Shown here: positions 38,513-47,874 of the stretch, one piece after another
Layout: each line of letters opens with the position of its first letter
How positions within the stretch are numbered: the stretch's first letter is position 1
DNA from: an uncultured Verrucomicrobiae bacterium
GTDB taxonomy: Bacteria; Verrucomicrobiota; Verrucomicrobiia; Chthoniobacterales; JAFAMB01
Assembly (NCBI GenBank): GCA_963837955.1
Contig: CAWIPH010000002.1
Span: 4,000,001 to 4,064,000 of the forward strand
Length of the DNA stretch: 64,000 nt
Direction: 5' to 3'
Translations under genes and position numbers: made by a program
The notes under the pieces: model-generated
Seen by the model: the letters and a program-made list of their open reading frames with translations, nothing else
Told to the model about the DNA's origin: nothing
The model's database searches: none

Positions 38513-39520
38513 ATGGACCTATCGGCTAAAACTCTCCCGCGAAATTGCACGTTTAGCCGCGAAGACTGGAATGTCTTGGCAGCCTGCTGGCATCCCGTGG
38601 CCTATTCCGATGCAGTAACGGACGAACCGCAATCGATCAAACTGCTGGATGAGGAACTTGTGCTTTATCGCACTTCCAAGGGCGTGGTTATGGCAAAAGA
38701 CCTATGCATCCATCGGGGCGCCCGGCTTTCGCTCGGTTGGCTGGAACAAGACGAACTGGTATGCGCCTACCACGGCTTTCGCTACGGTTTCGAAGGAAAA
38801 TGCACCAGGGTACCCGCGCATCCGACCCTGCCGATCTCGGAAAAACTCTGTTTAATTACGTTTCCGACGATCGAAAAATACGGGTTAATCTGGACTTGCC
38901 TCGGCCGGGCGCCGCTCACTGATCTTCCAGTCTGGCCGGAATTGCACGATCCAGCCTATCATCGTGTTCATCTCGATCCATTCGACTGGAACACCTCGGC
39001 GGCACGTCAGGCCGAGAACTTTCTCGATATTACCCACTTTTCATGGCTCCACGTCGGAACGTTTGGCAACCGAAAGAAACCCGAGATCGAGAAATATGAA
39101 GTGATCCAGACACCTGACGGGCTGCACATGGACTATCGGTATCCCATGATCATGCCATCCGGCGAGTCGATGCAGACTTTCTCGTATGATGTGACTCTGC
39201 CCTTTTCCGCTCGGATCCAATTTCCGGACATGATCCCCGGTCGAAAATACGCGATTTTCGTTTCGGCCTGTCCGATTTCGGCTCGACAGACCCGGATCTT
39301 TTTCTTCATGGCCCAGGACGCTCCATTTGATGACATCAGCGGCCTGCTCGCCTTTGAGACAAAAGTTTTCGCAGAAGATCAGCGGTTAGTAGAATCACAA
39401 CATCCCGAAGAATTGCCGCTCGATTTGAGCGCCGAGCTTCATATCCGCGCCGATCAGATGTCTACCGCTTACCGCAAGGCGCTAGCGGCTTTGGGCATGG
39501 GTAAGCGTTACACCGCTTAG
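38513..39520 (+). CDS. Rieske non-heme iron oxygenase alpha subunit (VanA/NdmA-like demethylase family)
   Basis: WHPVA, CIH...CAYH, ENFLDITHFSWLH, FAED..VESQHP.ELPL. Confidence 0.9.
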   Translation: MDLSAKTLPRNCTFSREDWNVLAACWHPVAYSDAVTDEPQSIKLLDEELVLYRTSKGVVMAKDLCIHRGARLSLGWLEQDELVCAYHGFRYGFEGKCTRVPAHPTLPISEKLCLITFPTIEKYGLIWTCLGRAPLTDLPVWPELHDPAYHRVHLDPFDWNTSAARQAENFLDITHFSWLHVGTFGNRKKPEIEKYEVIQTPDGLHMDYRYPMIMPSGESMQTFSYDVTLPFSARIQFPDMIPGRKYAIFVSACPISARQTRIFFFMAQDAPFDDISGLLAFETKVFAEDQRLVESQHPEELPLDLSAELHIRADQMSTAYRKALAALGMGKRYTA

Positions 39521-39600
39521 GGTGCGACTTCCCCGGACGTGAACCGGCGCTCATCAATCCTCATTGATGAAATCAGCAGGCTGGGCTCTAATTCCGCAGA

Positions 39601-40353
39601 ATGCTCATCCTGAAAGCTGTCGTCGAAGCTTTGCTGTTTAGCTCGCAAAAACCGCTCACCGCCAAAGAGATTGTGCAGGTCATCCGACTTGGTGCCGAAT
39701 ACGCGGCGGAAGAAGATTCTGTCGGTCTCGCCCAAACCTCAGAGGAACTAGTTCAGGAAGCATTGGAGAATTTAGCCAACGAATACAGTGAGCTGGGACG
39801 CTCATTCCAACTGGTGGAACAGGTGAGCGGGTGGCAACTTTCCACCCGACCCGATTATCAGGTCTGGGTTCGCCAACTGTTTCCCGAGTTACGGCCGACC
39901 CGTCTTAGCCCGCCTGCGTTGGAAACTCTGGCCATCGTCGCGTATCGACAGCCGATCACCAAAGGGGACATTGAGGCGGTCCGGGGTGTAACGGTGGATG
40001 GTGTCATGCAGAAACTACTCGACCTTGGATTAGTCAAAATTGCCGGCCGAGCAGAGATCCCAGGTCGTCCGCTGCTTTACGAAACCACGCAGCATTTTAT
40101 GGAACATTTCGGATTGCGGAATTTGAATGAGCTTCCGAATGCATCGGAGCTGCGAAACCTGACCCTACCAACCGCTAAGGTCCTGGAGGAACCAAAGTCC
40201 GACAAATCAGGTGAAACGCAGCAACACCCTGAAGCGTCCGGGCCCAACGCTGTTCCCACCGGCCCGACAGAACCTGGCAGTAGCGCGAGCGTAATAGTTG
40301 CACCCGACCTTCCCGACCAACAACTTAAACCAACCGATGGAGGGAAGATTTGA
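39601..40353 (+). CDS. scpB: Segregation and condensation protein B
   Basis: VEALLF, LS.PALETLAIVAYRQPIT..IE.VRGV, GRPLLYETT..F. Confidence 0.95.
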   Translation: MLILKAVVEALLFSSQKPLTAKEIVQVIRLGAEYAAEEDSVGLAQTSEELVQEALENLANEYSELGRSFQLVEQVSGWQLSTRPDYQVWVRQLFPELRPTRLSPPALETLAIVAYRQPITKGDIEAVRGVTVDGVMQKLLDLGLVKIAGRAEIPGRPLLYETTQHFMEHFGLRNLNELPNASELRNLTLPTAKVLEEPKSDKSGETQQHPEASGPNAVPTGPTEPGSSASVIVAPDLPDQQLKPTDGGKI

Positions 40354-41441
40354 GCGCTAAGCTTTCACTCGACGAAATCCGGAAAAAGATCGACGAGATC
40401 GATTCGGAGTTGATCCGCCTGCTCAATAGCAGGGCCGATCTCGTTTACGAAGTCGGACTCATCAAAAAGGAAGCGGGACTTTCGATTTACTCACCAGAGC
40501 GCGAGGAAGCGCTCCTACAAAGCTTGGTACAGAAGAGCCAAGGACGCCTGCCCGAACTAGCGATCAGAGCAATCTATCGGGAGATCATGTCGGCATCATT
40601 GGCGCTGGAAAAAGAGCTTTGCATTGCCTTTCTTGGTCCAGAAGCAACCTGGACCCATCAGGCTGCCCGCTCCAAATTTGGCGCTTCAGTTAGGTACTCA
40701 CCCCAATCCAGCATTAGCGACGTGTTCGACCGCGTGACGCGTGGAGCAGCGGACTACGGAGTTGTGCCGATCGAAAACTCCGTGGAAGGCGCAGTGAATC
40801 ACACTCTGGATGTATTTATGGATTCGGAGCTGAAGATCTGCGCGCAGATTCTCCTCCGAATTCAAAATGATCTGCTCTCCAGAGAACGGCTGGAAAATAT
40901 CCGGAAGATCTACTCTCATCCCCAGGTTTTCGGACAATGCCGAGGCTGGCTTCAGGAACATGCTCGGGACTTGGAATTGATTGAAGTTTCTAGCACAACC
41001 CGAGCGGCCCAACTCGCAGCCAACGAGGCCGGGGCCGCAGCTCTAGCCAGCGCTATGGCCGCAGAGGTTTACGGTCTGCGGATTCTCGAACGCTCGGTCC
41101 AAGACAGCCCCAACAACACAACCCGTTTTCTGGTGATCTCCCACGCAACCTGCCCACCGACCAAAGACGATAAGACCTCTCTCATGTTTTGCGTCCAAGA
41201 CCGCGTAGGTGCCCTCTACTCCGCTCTGGAGCCGTTTAGCCGGCTGAAGCTCAGTATGAGTAAGATCGAGAGCCGGCCATCCAAGCGGAAGAATTGGGAA
41301 TATTTCTTCTTCGTCGACATCGAAGGCCATTGCGATGATGAGCTCGTAAGAGCTGCGATCGCTGATCTAGAGAAGCATTGCACGTTCGTGAAGGTGCTCG
41401 GCAGTTATCCGAAAACGGAAGCAGTCGGAGAGTTAAGCTAG
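40350..41441 (+). CDS. pheA: Chorismate mutase/prephenate dehydratase
   Basis: IR.KIDEID, FLGPE.T.THQAA, PIENS.EG, NTTRFL, IESRPS. Confidence 0.96.
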   Translation: MSAKLSLDEIRKKIDEIDSELIRLLNSRADLVYEVGLIKKEAGLSIYSPEREEALLQSLVQKSQGRLPELAIRAIYREIMSASLALEKELCIAFLGPEATWTHQAARSKFGASVRYSPQSSISDVFDRVTRGAADYGVVPIENSVEGAVNHTLDVFMDSELKICAQILLRIQNDLLSRERLENIRKIYSHPQVFGQCRGWLQEHARDLELIEVSSTTRAAQLAANEAGAAALASAMAAEVYGLRILERSVQDSPNNTTRFLVISHATCPPTKDDKTSLMFCVQDRVGALYSALEPFSRLKLSMSKIESRPSKRKNWEYFFFVDIEGHCDDELVRAAIADLEKHCTFVKVLGSYPKTEAVGELS

Positions 41442-41499
41442 GGGTTGCCGCAAAACGGCAGCGGCGACTGGCCAACAGAACCGCGAGCATGCCGATGGC

Positions 41500-41534
41500 C
41501 AACATCCAACTTGCAACCTATAACCTGCAACCTC
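41500..41534 (+). repeat. Degenerate 7-mer tandem repeat (YAACnTn x5)
   Basis: CAACATC CAACTTG CAACCTA TAACCTG CAACCTC between convergent genes. Confidence 0.55.
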
Positions 41535-41548
41535 CGACTCGTCTCTCT

Positions 41549-42127
41549 CTATTTCCCCACATAAATCGCTTCGTTTGGCCAATCCGAGCGCAAGTAACCA
41601 TTAGCCATATTCACAAGCGGAAGATAGTTGCGCATGACACGAACAGGCGAGAGCAATCGAATCGTGGAGATTTCCTCGATCGAATCGGCTCCATGGTTTT
41701 TGAGCAAGCTCGGAATCAGCTCTTCGTGGGTTCGCTGAACAATATCCAGGTCGCTATTTCCATCCACAAAAAGCAGCAGGGCAACCTTTCCGTCGATCTC
41801 GGCAATGTGGCTCTCGAATATCGTTTCCGTGAAAACTCTTTGTTGGCTGGACTCGGATCGAATCTCTTCGACCAATTGATTGTAGGTCACCCCGACGCGG
41901 AATTTAATAATATAGAGATGCCTGGCGTTGTATTGCTTGGCTCCGTCAGCCGAAAGGTCAAGGTTCGTGAAATAGGCTAGGAGACCCTCCTGTTCTAGCC
42001 GCAATCGTTTGCGGCTCACGGTGCGGACGTTTACTCCGGTGAGCTCTCCGATACGGTTATCTGACTCGCGAGGATCGCGAATGAGCTGACGGATGATGGC
42101 CTTTTCTTGCTCATCTAAAATTCTCAT
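41549..42127 (-). CDS. Lrp/AsnC-like winged-helix regulator with an atypical C-terminal domain
   Basis: LDEQEKAIIRQL..DPR.S...IG..TGV..RTVSRK..RLEQEG. Confidence 0.7.
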   Translation of the reverse strand: MRILDEQEKAIIRQLIRDPRESDNRIGELTGVNVRTVSRKRLRLEQEGLLAYFTNLDLSADGAKQYNARHLYIIKFRVGVTYNQLVEEIRSESSQQRVFTETIFESHIAEIDGKVALLLFVDGNSDLDIVQRTHEELIPSLLKNHGADSIEEISTIRLLSPVRVMRNYLPLVNMANGYLRSDWPNEAIYVGK

Positions 42128-42314
42128 GCCAATGTAAACAACAGGTTAAGGCGGTGCCAGCGTATCCCATCTCTCCACCCTGGCTCCGAACTTGAATAGT
42201 ATTTGCACCAATTATTCCAAAACTGGACCGGTTGCGACTAAAACCGTCAACTAAACGCTCAGTTTGGTCTTGAAACACGCAATTACGCCCTTATTTTTAC
42301 CAGTTTGTTTCGCC

Positions 42315-45300
42315 ATGAATGATGGGATTATCGACAGAATAGCAGGGCATCCGAGATCGTTGTATCAACCGGAAGAAGAACACGACTCTTGCGGGGTGGG
42401 ATTCGTGGCTGCCATCGACGGTCAGCGCTCCAATCGCGTATTGCGGTATGGGCTGACTTCCGTGTGCAACATGGTTCATCGTGGCGCCGTCGATGCGGAT
42501 GCCAAGACAGGCGACGGATCCGGGGTCATGACTCAGATCCCATATAAAATCTTTCGTCGCGAAATTGCCAAACTAGGGCACACGCTCTTTAACGATACCG
42601 ATTTGGGCATCGGATTTGTATTCCTTCCCCACGATAACGCCTACGCTCAGGCACGGGCTAAAGCGATCGTCGAAGAAGTGCTCCGGGATCGGCAGTTATT
42701 CCAATTCGGTTGGCGCGAGGTGCCACTCAACATAATGGTCTTAGGAGAAAAGGCGCAATTGACCATGCCCAGGATCGAGCAAGTCCTGATCGGTCGCGGC
42801 GCCGCGATGAGTGACGAGGAGTACGAGCGGCGACTGTTTCTGGCCCGAAATGAAATCGAGAAACGGGCACAGCTTGATAATATCCGTAATTTTTACATTT
42901 CGTCGTTTTCACACCGGGTAGTGATTTACAAAGGCCTGCTAACTGCCGTTTCGCTGGAGAAATTTTATCGAGATCTCGGCGATCCGGATTACGAGACTGC
43001 TATCTGCGTTTTTCACGAACGGTACAGCACAAACACTTTTCCTACTTGGCCGCTCAGTCAGCCGTTCCGGATCCTTGGCCACAATGGAGAAATCAACACT
43101 ATCCGCGGTAACCGGAACTGGATGCGCGCACGAGAACCCGAACTGACGGCAGAGTTCTGGAAAGATGACATCGACCTCTTAAAGCCGGTCATTCAGCCAG
43201 GCGGATCCGACTCAGCCAGCCTCGATAACGCCCTCGAAGTTCTCATGATGTCCGGACGGGAGATGCTGCACGCGATAACGATGTTGGTCCCGCCGGCCTG
43301 GCGAACAGATGAGCGGATGTCGCCAGAGACGAAAGGATTTTACGAATATCATCGTTGTTTCAACGAACCGTGGGATGGCCCCGCCGGTCTTGTGTTCAGC
43401 AACGGGGTTGTGGCCGGTGCGTGCCTGGACCGGAATGGACTTCGGCCAGCTCGCTACAAGATCACCGAAGACGGGATTTTTACGATCGGCTCCGAAGTGG
43501 GCTGCATGGAGATCGACGACACTAAAGTCGTAGAAAAAGGAAGGCTCGCGCCTGGCGAAATGATCGCCGTCGATACGAGATCCGGAAAGCTTCTCCGAGA
43601 CCGCGACATTAAGCAACGCCTGGCGACACAGCGCCCCTATCTCGATTGGGTCAATCAGAATCTGATCCGCTTGCAAAAACTCGCTAGCCCCGACTTGCAG
43701 CCGCTGACAGGGGAGCTTGATATCCTGAGCTTAACGCAGCGGCAAGTTGCCTTTGGATATAACAGCGAGGAACTTGATCTAATTTTGAGACCGATGGCCA
43801 AGGATGGCCAGGAAGCGGTTGGGTCGATGGGCGACGACACGCCGTTGGCGGTGTTATCATTGCAGCCTCGCCTGCTCTACACCTATTTCCGCCAACTTTT
43901 CGCGCAGGTGACCAACCCGCCGATTGACCCGATTCGAGAGAAGCTGGTGATGTCACTCGCGACTATCATGGGTTGGCGCCGCAACCTCTTGGCGGAAACC
44001 CCGGAACACGCGAAGCTCGTGTTTTCGGAATCACCGATCTTGCTGCCGCAAGAGTTGGACCAGCTAAGCAACCTCCCAGACACATACCATAAGGCAGTCC
44101 AGATTTCGGTTCTGTGGCCCATCGCCGAAGGCGAGGCGGGTTTGGAAAAGGCCCTCAGACGGATCGCGGTGGAGGCCGAACAAGCCGTCGACTCAGAGAC
44201 ACGCCTGATCATTTTGTCAGATCAAGGTGTCGATCACGCTCACATTGCGATCCCGATGCTGTTGGCAGTTGGCGCCGTGCACAACCAGCTGATTCGGGGC
44301 GGCAAACGAATGAAGTGCAGCATTATCTGTGAGACCGGAGAGGCGCGAGATGTGCACCAGGTTGCCTGCCTCATCGGCTTTGGTGCCAGCGCTGTTTGCC
44401 CTTACCTGGGGTACGAGACGATGCGGGAATTGTTGGAACGAGGATCGCTGGGAGACGATCTGACCTACGAGAAGGTGATCCGGAACTACAAATCGGCACT
44501 CGAAAAGGGATTGCTAAAAATCATGTCGAAGATGGGCATATCCATGATCGACAGTTACCGTGGAGCCCAGATTTTTGAAGCAATTGGACTGAGTTCTGAG
44601 GTTATCGACAACTATTTCGCGGGTACCCCATCGAAAATCGAGGGAATCGATCTAGTCGACATCGCGCGCGAAAGCCTGACTCGTCACCAGCGAGCGTTTG
44701 CTCATGCTATTCCAGATGAGGGAGCAACGGAGCTGGATGATCCGGGGTTCTATCGATTCCGCAGACAGGGAGAGCAACATGCGGTCACGCCTCCGGTCAT
44801 CAAGAACTTTCACACCTTTGTGAAATCCAATAAGCCGGAGGATTACAAGGCTTACGCCGACGCGGTCAAGGCGGTTCGTCCTAACGCCCTACGCGATCTC
44901 CTGCAAATGGTTCCCACAGGAAAGCCGCCTCTGCCACTCGATGAAGTCGAACCGATCGAAGAAATTCGGCGTCGCTTTACGACGGCCGGCATGTCGCTCG
45001 GTGCCTTGAGTCCGGAAGCACATGAATGTCTGGCGATCGCCATGAACCGGATCGGTGGAAAATCAAACTCCGGTGAAGGAGGCGAAGATCCGGAACGCTT
45101 TCATCGACGACCTAATGGCGATTGGCCTAATAGTGCGATTAAACAAATCGCGCAGGCTCGATTCGGGGTCACCGCTACCTACCTGGCCGCCGCGAAAGAG
45201 ATTGAGATAAAAATGGCGCAAGGCGCAAAGCCTGGAGAAGGAGGTCAATTGCCGGGACACAAGGTCAGCGCACTGATCGCCCGCCTGCGAAAGAGCACTC

Positions 45301-46886
45301 CCGGTGTACCTCTCATTTCTCCGCCACCACATCATGATATCTATTCTATTGAGGATCTGGCGCAGTTGATTTACGACCTGAAACAGGTGAATCCACGCGC
45401 CAAGGTATGCGTGAAATTGGTTGCCGAGGCGGGTGTGGGCACCGTCGCAGCCGGAGTCGCCAAGGCGCACGCTGATACGATCTTGATCAGCGGCCACGAT
45501 GGAGGGACAGGTGCGTCACCGCAAAGCTCTATTAAGCATGCCGGAAGCGCATGGGAGCTGGGGGTTGCCGAAGCTCATCAAGTCCTCATGTTGAACGGTT
45601 TGCGCAACCGGATCACGCTCCGGACGGATGGAGGTATGCGGACCGGTGAAGATATCGTTTTTGCGGCGCTGTTGGGAGCCGAAGAATTTAACTTTGGTAC
45701 GACCGCCCTGATCGCCTCGGGCTGCGTCTATGTGCGGCAATGCCATCTCAACACCTGCCCAGTCGGCGTCGCAACCCAGGACGAGCGGCTCCGCGCAAAG
45801 TTCAAGGGCAAGCCGGAGTATATCGTGAATTACTTCAACGGAGTTGCCCAAGAAGTGCGCGAACTAATGGCTGCACTCGGAATCGCCACTTTCAATGATC
45901 TGGTCGGACGCGTTGAGTTTCTGCGGCAACGAGAGATTCAGAATCATCCGAAGGCCAACAAAATTAATCTCTCTCGTCTCCTTGCGAATGTTACGAAGGG
46001 AGACAATTCCCAACCGAGGCACAACACCTGGGAGCGCAATGATCCGAATTGGGGACGCCGATTGGATGATACTGTCCTGCAAGATGCTCGCGACGCGGTG
46101 CAGGACCAGCTCCCGATTGTTCTTAATTATCGGGTCAAAAACACGAATCGGGCAGTTGGAACCAAGTTGTCCGGGGAAATTGCCTACCTTTGGGGCGAAC
46201 AAGGCTTACCGGAGAACACCATCCAACTCAATTTACGAGGCAGTGCTGGACAAAGCCTTGGCGCTTTTCTCAGCCCAGGCGTGAAAATTATACTTTCCGG
46301 CGAAGCCAACGATTACGTTGGCAAAGGAATGAGTGGCGGTGAGATAGTTCTGAAGCTATCGCCTGGCGCTAAGTTTGTTGCGCACGAGAACTTCATCGCT
46401 GGCAATACTTGCCTATACGGAGCTACCGGTGGCGCTTTCTTCGCGGCCGGCCGCGCCGGCGAACGATTCGCGGTACGGAACTCGGGAGCAACAGCGGTCA
46501 TCGAAGGAGTTGGCGACCATGGTTGCGAATACATGACCCGTGGCACCGTTTTGGTCCTGGGTACGACCGGGAAAAATTTCGGGGCCGGGATGACTGGTGG
46601 AACCGCTTACGTCCTGGATTTGAAAGAGGAATTTCTTTTGGATCTCAATCCTGAGTTGGTCGCGGCAACCCGCTTAAGTGAAGAAGAGGATATCGTCACC
46701 GTAAAGGAATTGATTTATAAACACCTGGAGCGCACCGAGAGCAGCCGCGCCAAAGAGATTCTGGCGCAGTGGCCGGCTTACCAGGACAAATTTTGGAGAG
46801 TGCGACCGATTTACGTTCCGCCGGTAGTGAAACCAGCTGCAGAGCCGGCTCCTACGATCGTGGAACCGAGCGGAGCAAAAGATTAG
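42315..46886 (+). CDS. gltB: Glutamate synthase large subunit
   Basis: DSCGVGF (Cys1), HERYSTNT, HNGEINT, EPWDGPA, QGAKPGEGGQLPG, C..VRQCHLNTC, GXGXG domain. Confidence 0.97.
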   Translation: MNDGIIDRIAGHPRSLYQPEEEHDSCGVGFVAAIDGQRSNRVLRYGLTSVCNMVHRGAVDADAKTGDGSGVMTQIPYKIFRREIAKLGHTLFNDTDLGIGFVFLPHDNAYAQARAKAIVEEVLRDRQLFQFGWREVPLNIMVLGEKAQLTMPRIEQVLIGRGAAMSDEEYERRLFLARNEIEKRAQLDNIRNFYISSFSHRVVIYKGLLTAVSLEKFYRDLGDPDYETAICVFHERYSTNTFPTWPLSQPFRILGHNGEINTIRGNRNWMRAREPELTAEFWKDDIDLLKPVIQPGGSDSASLDNALEVLMMSGREMLHAITMLVPPAWRTDERMSPETKGFYEYHRCFNEPWDGPAGLVFSNGVVAGACLDRNGLRPARYKITEDGIFTIGSEVGCMEIDDTKVVEKGRLAPGEMIAVDTRSGKLLRDRDIKQRLATQRPYLDWVNQNLIRLQKLASPDLQPLTGELDILSLTQRQVAFGYNSEELDLILRPMAKDGQEAVGSMGDDTPLAVLSLQPRLLYTYFRQLFAQVTNPPIDPIREKLVMSLATIMGWRRNLLAETPEHAKLVFSESPILLPQELDQLSNLPDTYHKAVQISVLWPIAEGEAGLEKALRRIAVEAEQAVDSETRLIILSDQGVDHAHIAIPMLLAVGAVHNQLIRGGKRMKCSIICETGEARDVHQVACLIGFGASAVCPYLGYETMRELLERGSLGDDLTYEKVIRNYKSALEKGLLKIMSKMGISMIDSYRGAQIFEAIGLSSEVIDNYFAGTPSKIEGIDLVDIARESLTRHQRAFAHAIPDEGATELDDPGFYRFRRQGEQHAVTPPVIKNFHTFVKSNKPEDYKAYADAVKAVRPNALRDLLQMVPTGKPPLPLDEVEPIEEIRRRFTTAGMSLGALSPEAHECLAIAMNRIGGKSNSGEGGEDPERFHRRPNGDWPNSAIKQIAQARFGVTATYLAAAKEIEIKMAQGAKPGEGGQLPGHKVSALIARLRKSTPGVPLISPPPHHDIYSIEDLAQLIYDLKQVNPRAKVCVKLVAEAGVGTVAAGVAKAHADTILISGHDGGTGASPQSSIKHAGSAWELGVAEAHQVLMLNGLRNRITLRTDGGMRTGEDIVFAALLGAEEFNFGTTALIASGCVYVRQCHLNTCPVGVATQDERLRAKFKGKPEYIVNYFNGVAQEVRELMAALGIATFNDLVGRVEFLRQREIQNHPKANKINLSRLLANVTKGDNSQPRHNTWERNDPNWGRRLDDTVLQDARDAVQDQLPIVLNYRVKNTNRAVGTKLSGEIAYLWGEQGLPENTIQLNLRGSAGQSLGAFLSPGVKIILSGEANDYVGKGMSGGEIVLKLSPGAKFVAHENFIAGNTCLYGATGGAFFAAGRAGERFAVRNSGATAVIEGVGDHGCEYMTRGTVLVLGTTGKNFGAGMTGGTAYVLDLKEEFLLDLNPELVAATRLSEEEDIVTVKELIYKHLERTESSRAKEILAQWPAYQDKFWRVRPIYVPPVVKPAAEPAPTIVEPSGAKD

Positions 46887-46889
46887 CCT

Positions 46890-47279
46890 ATGGAGCTGGT
46901 GACTCAACTTGCATTGTTTCTTAAGAACAAACCAGGGACGTTGGCTGCAGTTTGTGACGCGTTAGCGGAGGCTAATATCAACATCTTCGCTTTAACGATT
47001 TCAGACACAGTCGACCATTCGGTGGTGCGCATGGTCGTGAGTGACACCGACAAGGCGCTTTCGATCTTTGAGGCGCACGGAACGCTGGTAGTCGAGAACG
47101 AAGTATTGATGGTCGAGCATGATAATCATCCTGGAACCCTTTCGGAGATCGCCAAAAAACTTGCGGAGAACAAAGTGAATATCGAGTACGCCTACCTCAC
47201 GGGCGGCCCTCACTCGAAAACAGGTCTGGCAATTCTCCGACCCGACGACGTCAAGAAGGCGATCGAAATACTGGGGTAA
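46890..47279 (+). CDS. Tandem ACT-domain protein
   Basis: QLALFLKNKPGTLA...ANINI and DNHPGTL...VNIEYAY. Confidence 0.88.
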   Translation: MELVTQLALFLKNKPGTLAAVCDALAEANINIFALTISDTVDHSVVRMVVSDTDKALSIFEAHGTLVVENEVLMVEHDNHPGTLSEIAKKLAENKVNIEYAYLTGGPHSKTGLAILRPDDVKKAIEILG

Positions 47280-47423
47280 TTCAGTCCGCCATCACTTCGT
47301 CAGCACCATACCTGCTCATAAGGCATCAGCGTGCGAGACCGTATGGGAACTGAGGACCACACGGTGTGCCCCAGGTTGACGCATGCGCAGCCGGGGGGCT
47401 TGGAATAGAAGCAAGAAGGGTCC

Positions 47424-47651
47424 CGTCCCGGATGGGACGCGGTGAAAGTAGCCCAGCACTTCAGTGCTGGGATAGCGTTAAAGAGGCGTCCGTCCCGCCA
47501 GGGACGATCGATTCACCCTCTGCGCTCGTGTGAAGTCGGATTGAAAGCCATTACCTCCACGTTTCGATCGTCCCTAACGGGACGGCACCCGCTTTATACC
47601 GTCTACCCAGCAATAAATTGCTGGGCTACTATCACGATGTCCCTACGGGAC
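47424..47651. mobile_element. Non-autonomous multi-hairpin element resembling ends associated with IS200/IS605-family (Y1/RAYT) transposases
   Basis: Mirror-image arms with hairpins CGTCCC-N4-GGGACG and GTAGCCCAGCA-N6-TGCTGGG on each side. Confidence 0.65.
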
Positions 47652-47874
47652 AGATCTCTTGACGTGCGCGCACAGCACTTGGCTCCTAAGCGTAAACACG
47701 GGGATGCCCACTGTGAAAAACACTCGCCGCGCCGGGTTGAAGTTGCTGAAAGTTCGAGATCCCGTTGGGACGCACTGTCCGTCGTAGCCTCTGGCACCAT
47801 CAACCTCATGGCGAATCCACTGGCGTAGCCGGAAGGGAAGCCGCTTCCGCACTTCGCCAATTTCTCCAACCCGC

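Noticed and set aside
41378..41980. 200-aa + strand ORF
   Set aside because: Antisense to the Lrp-like gene and overlaps the pheA end.
42247..42256. TCAACTAAAC upstream of gltB matches half of the TetR operator
   Set aside because: The second half-site (AGTTGA) is absent; a 10-bp match may be chance.
47442..47869. ORFs of 128, 88 and 69 aa as a possible transposase remnant
   Set aside because: No HUH or catalytic Tyr motif; they read through the palindromic element.
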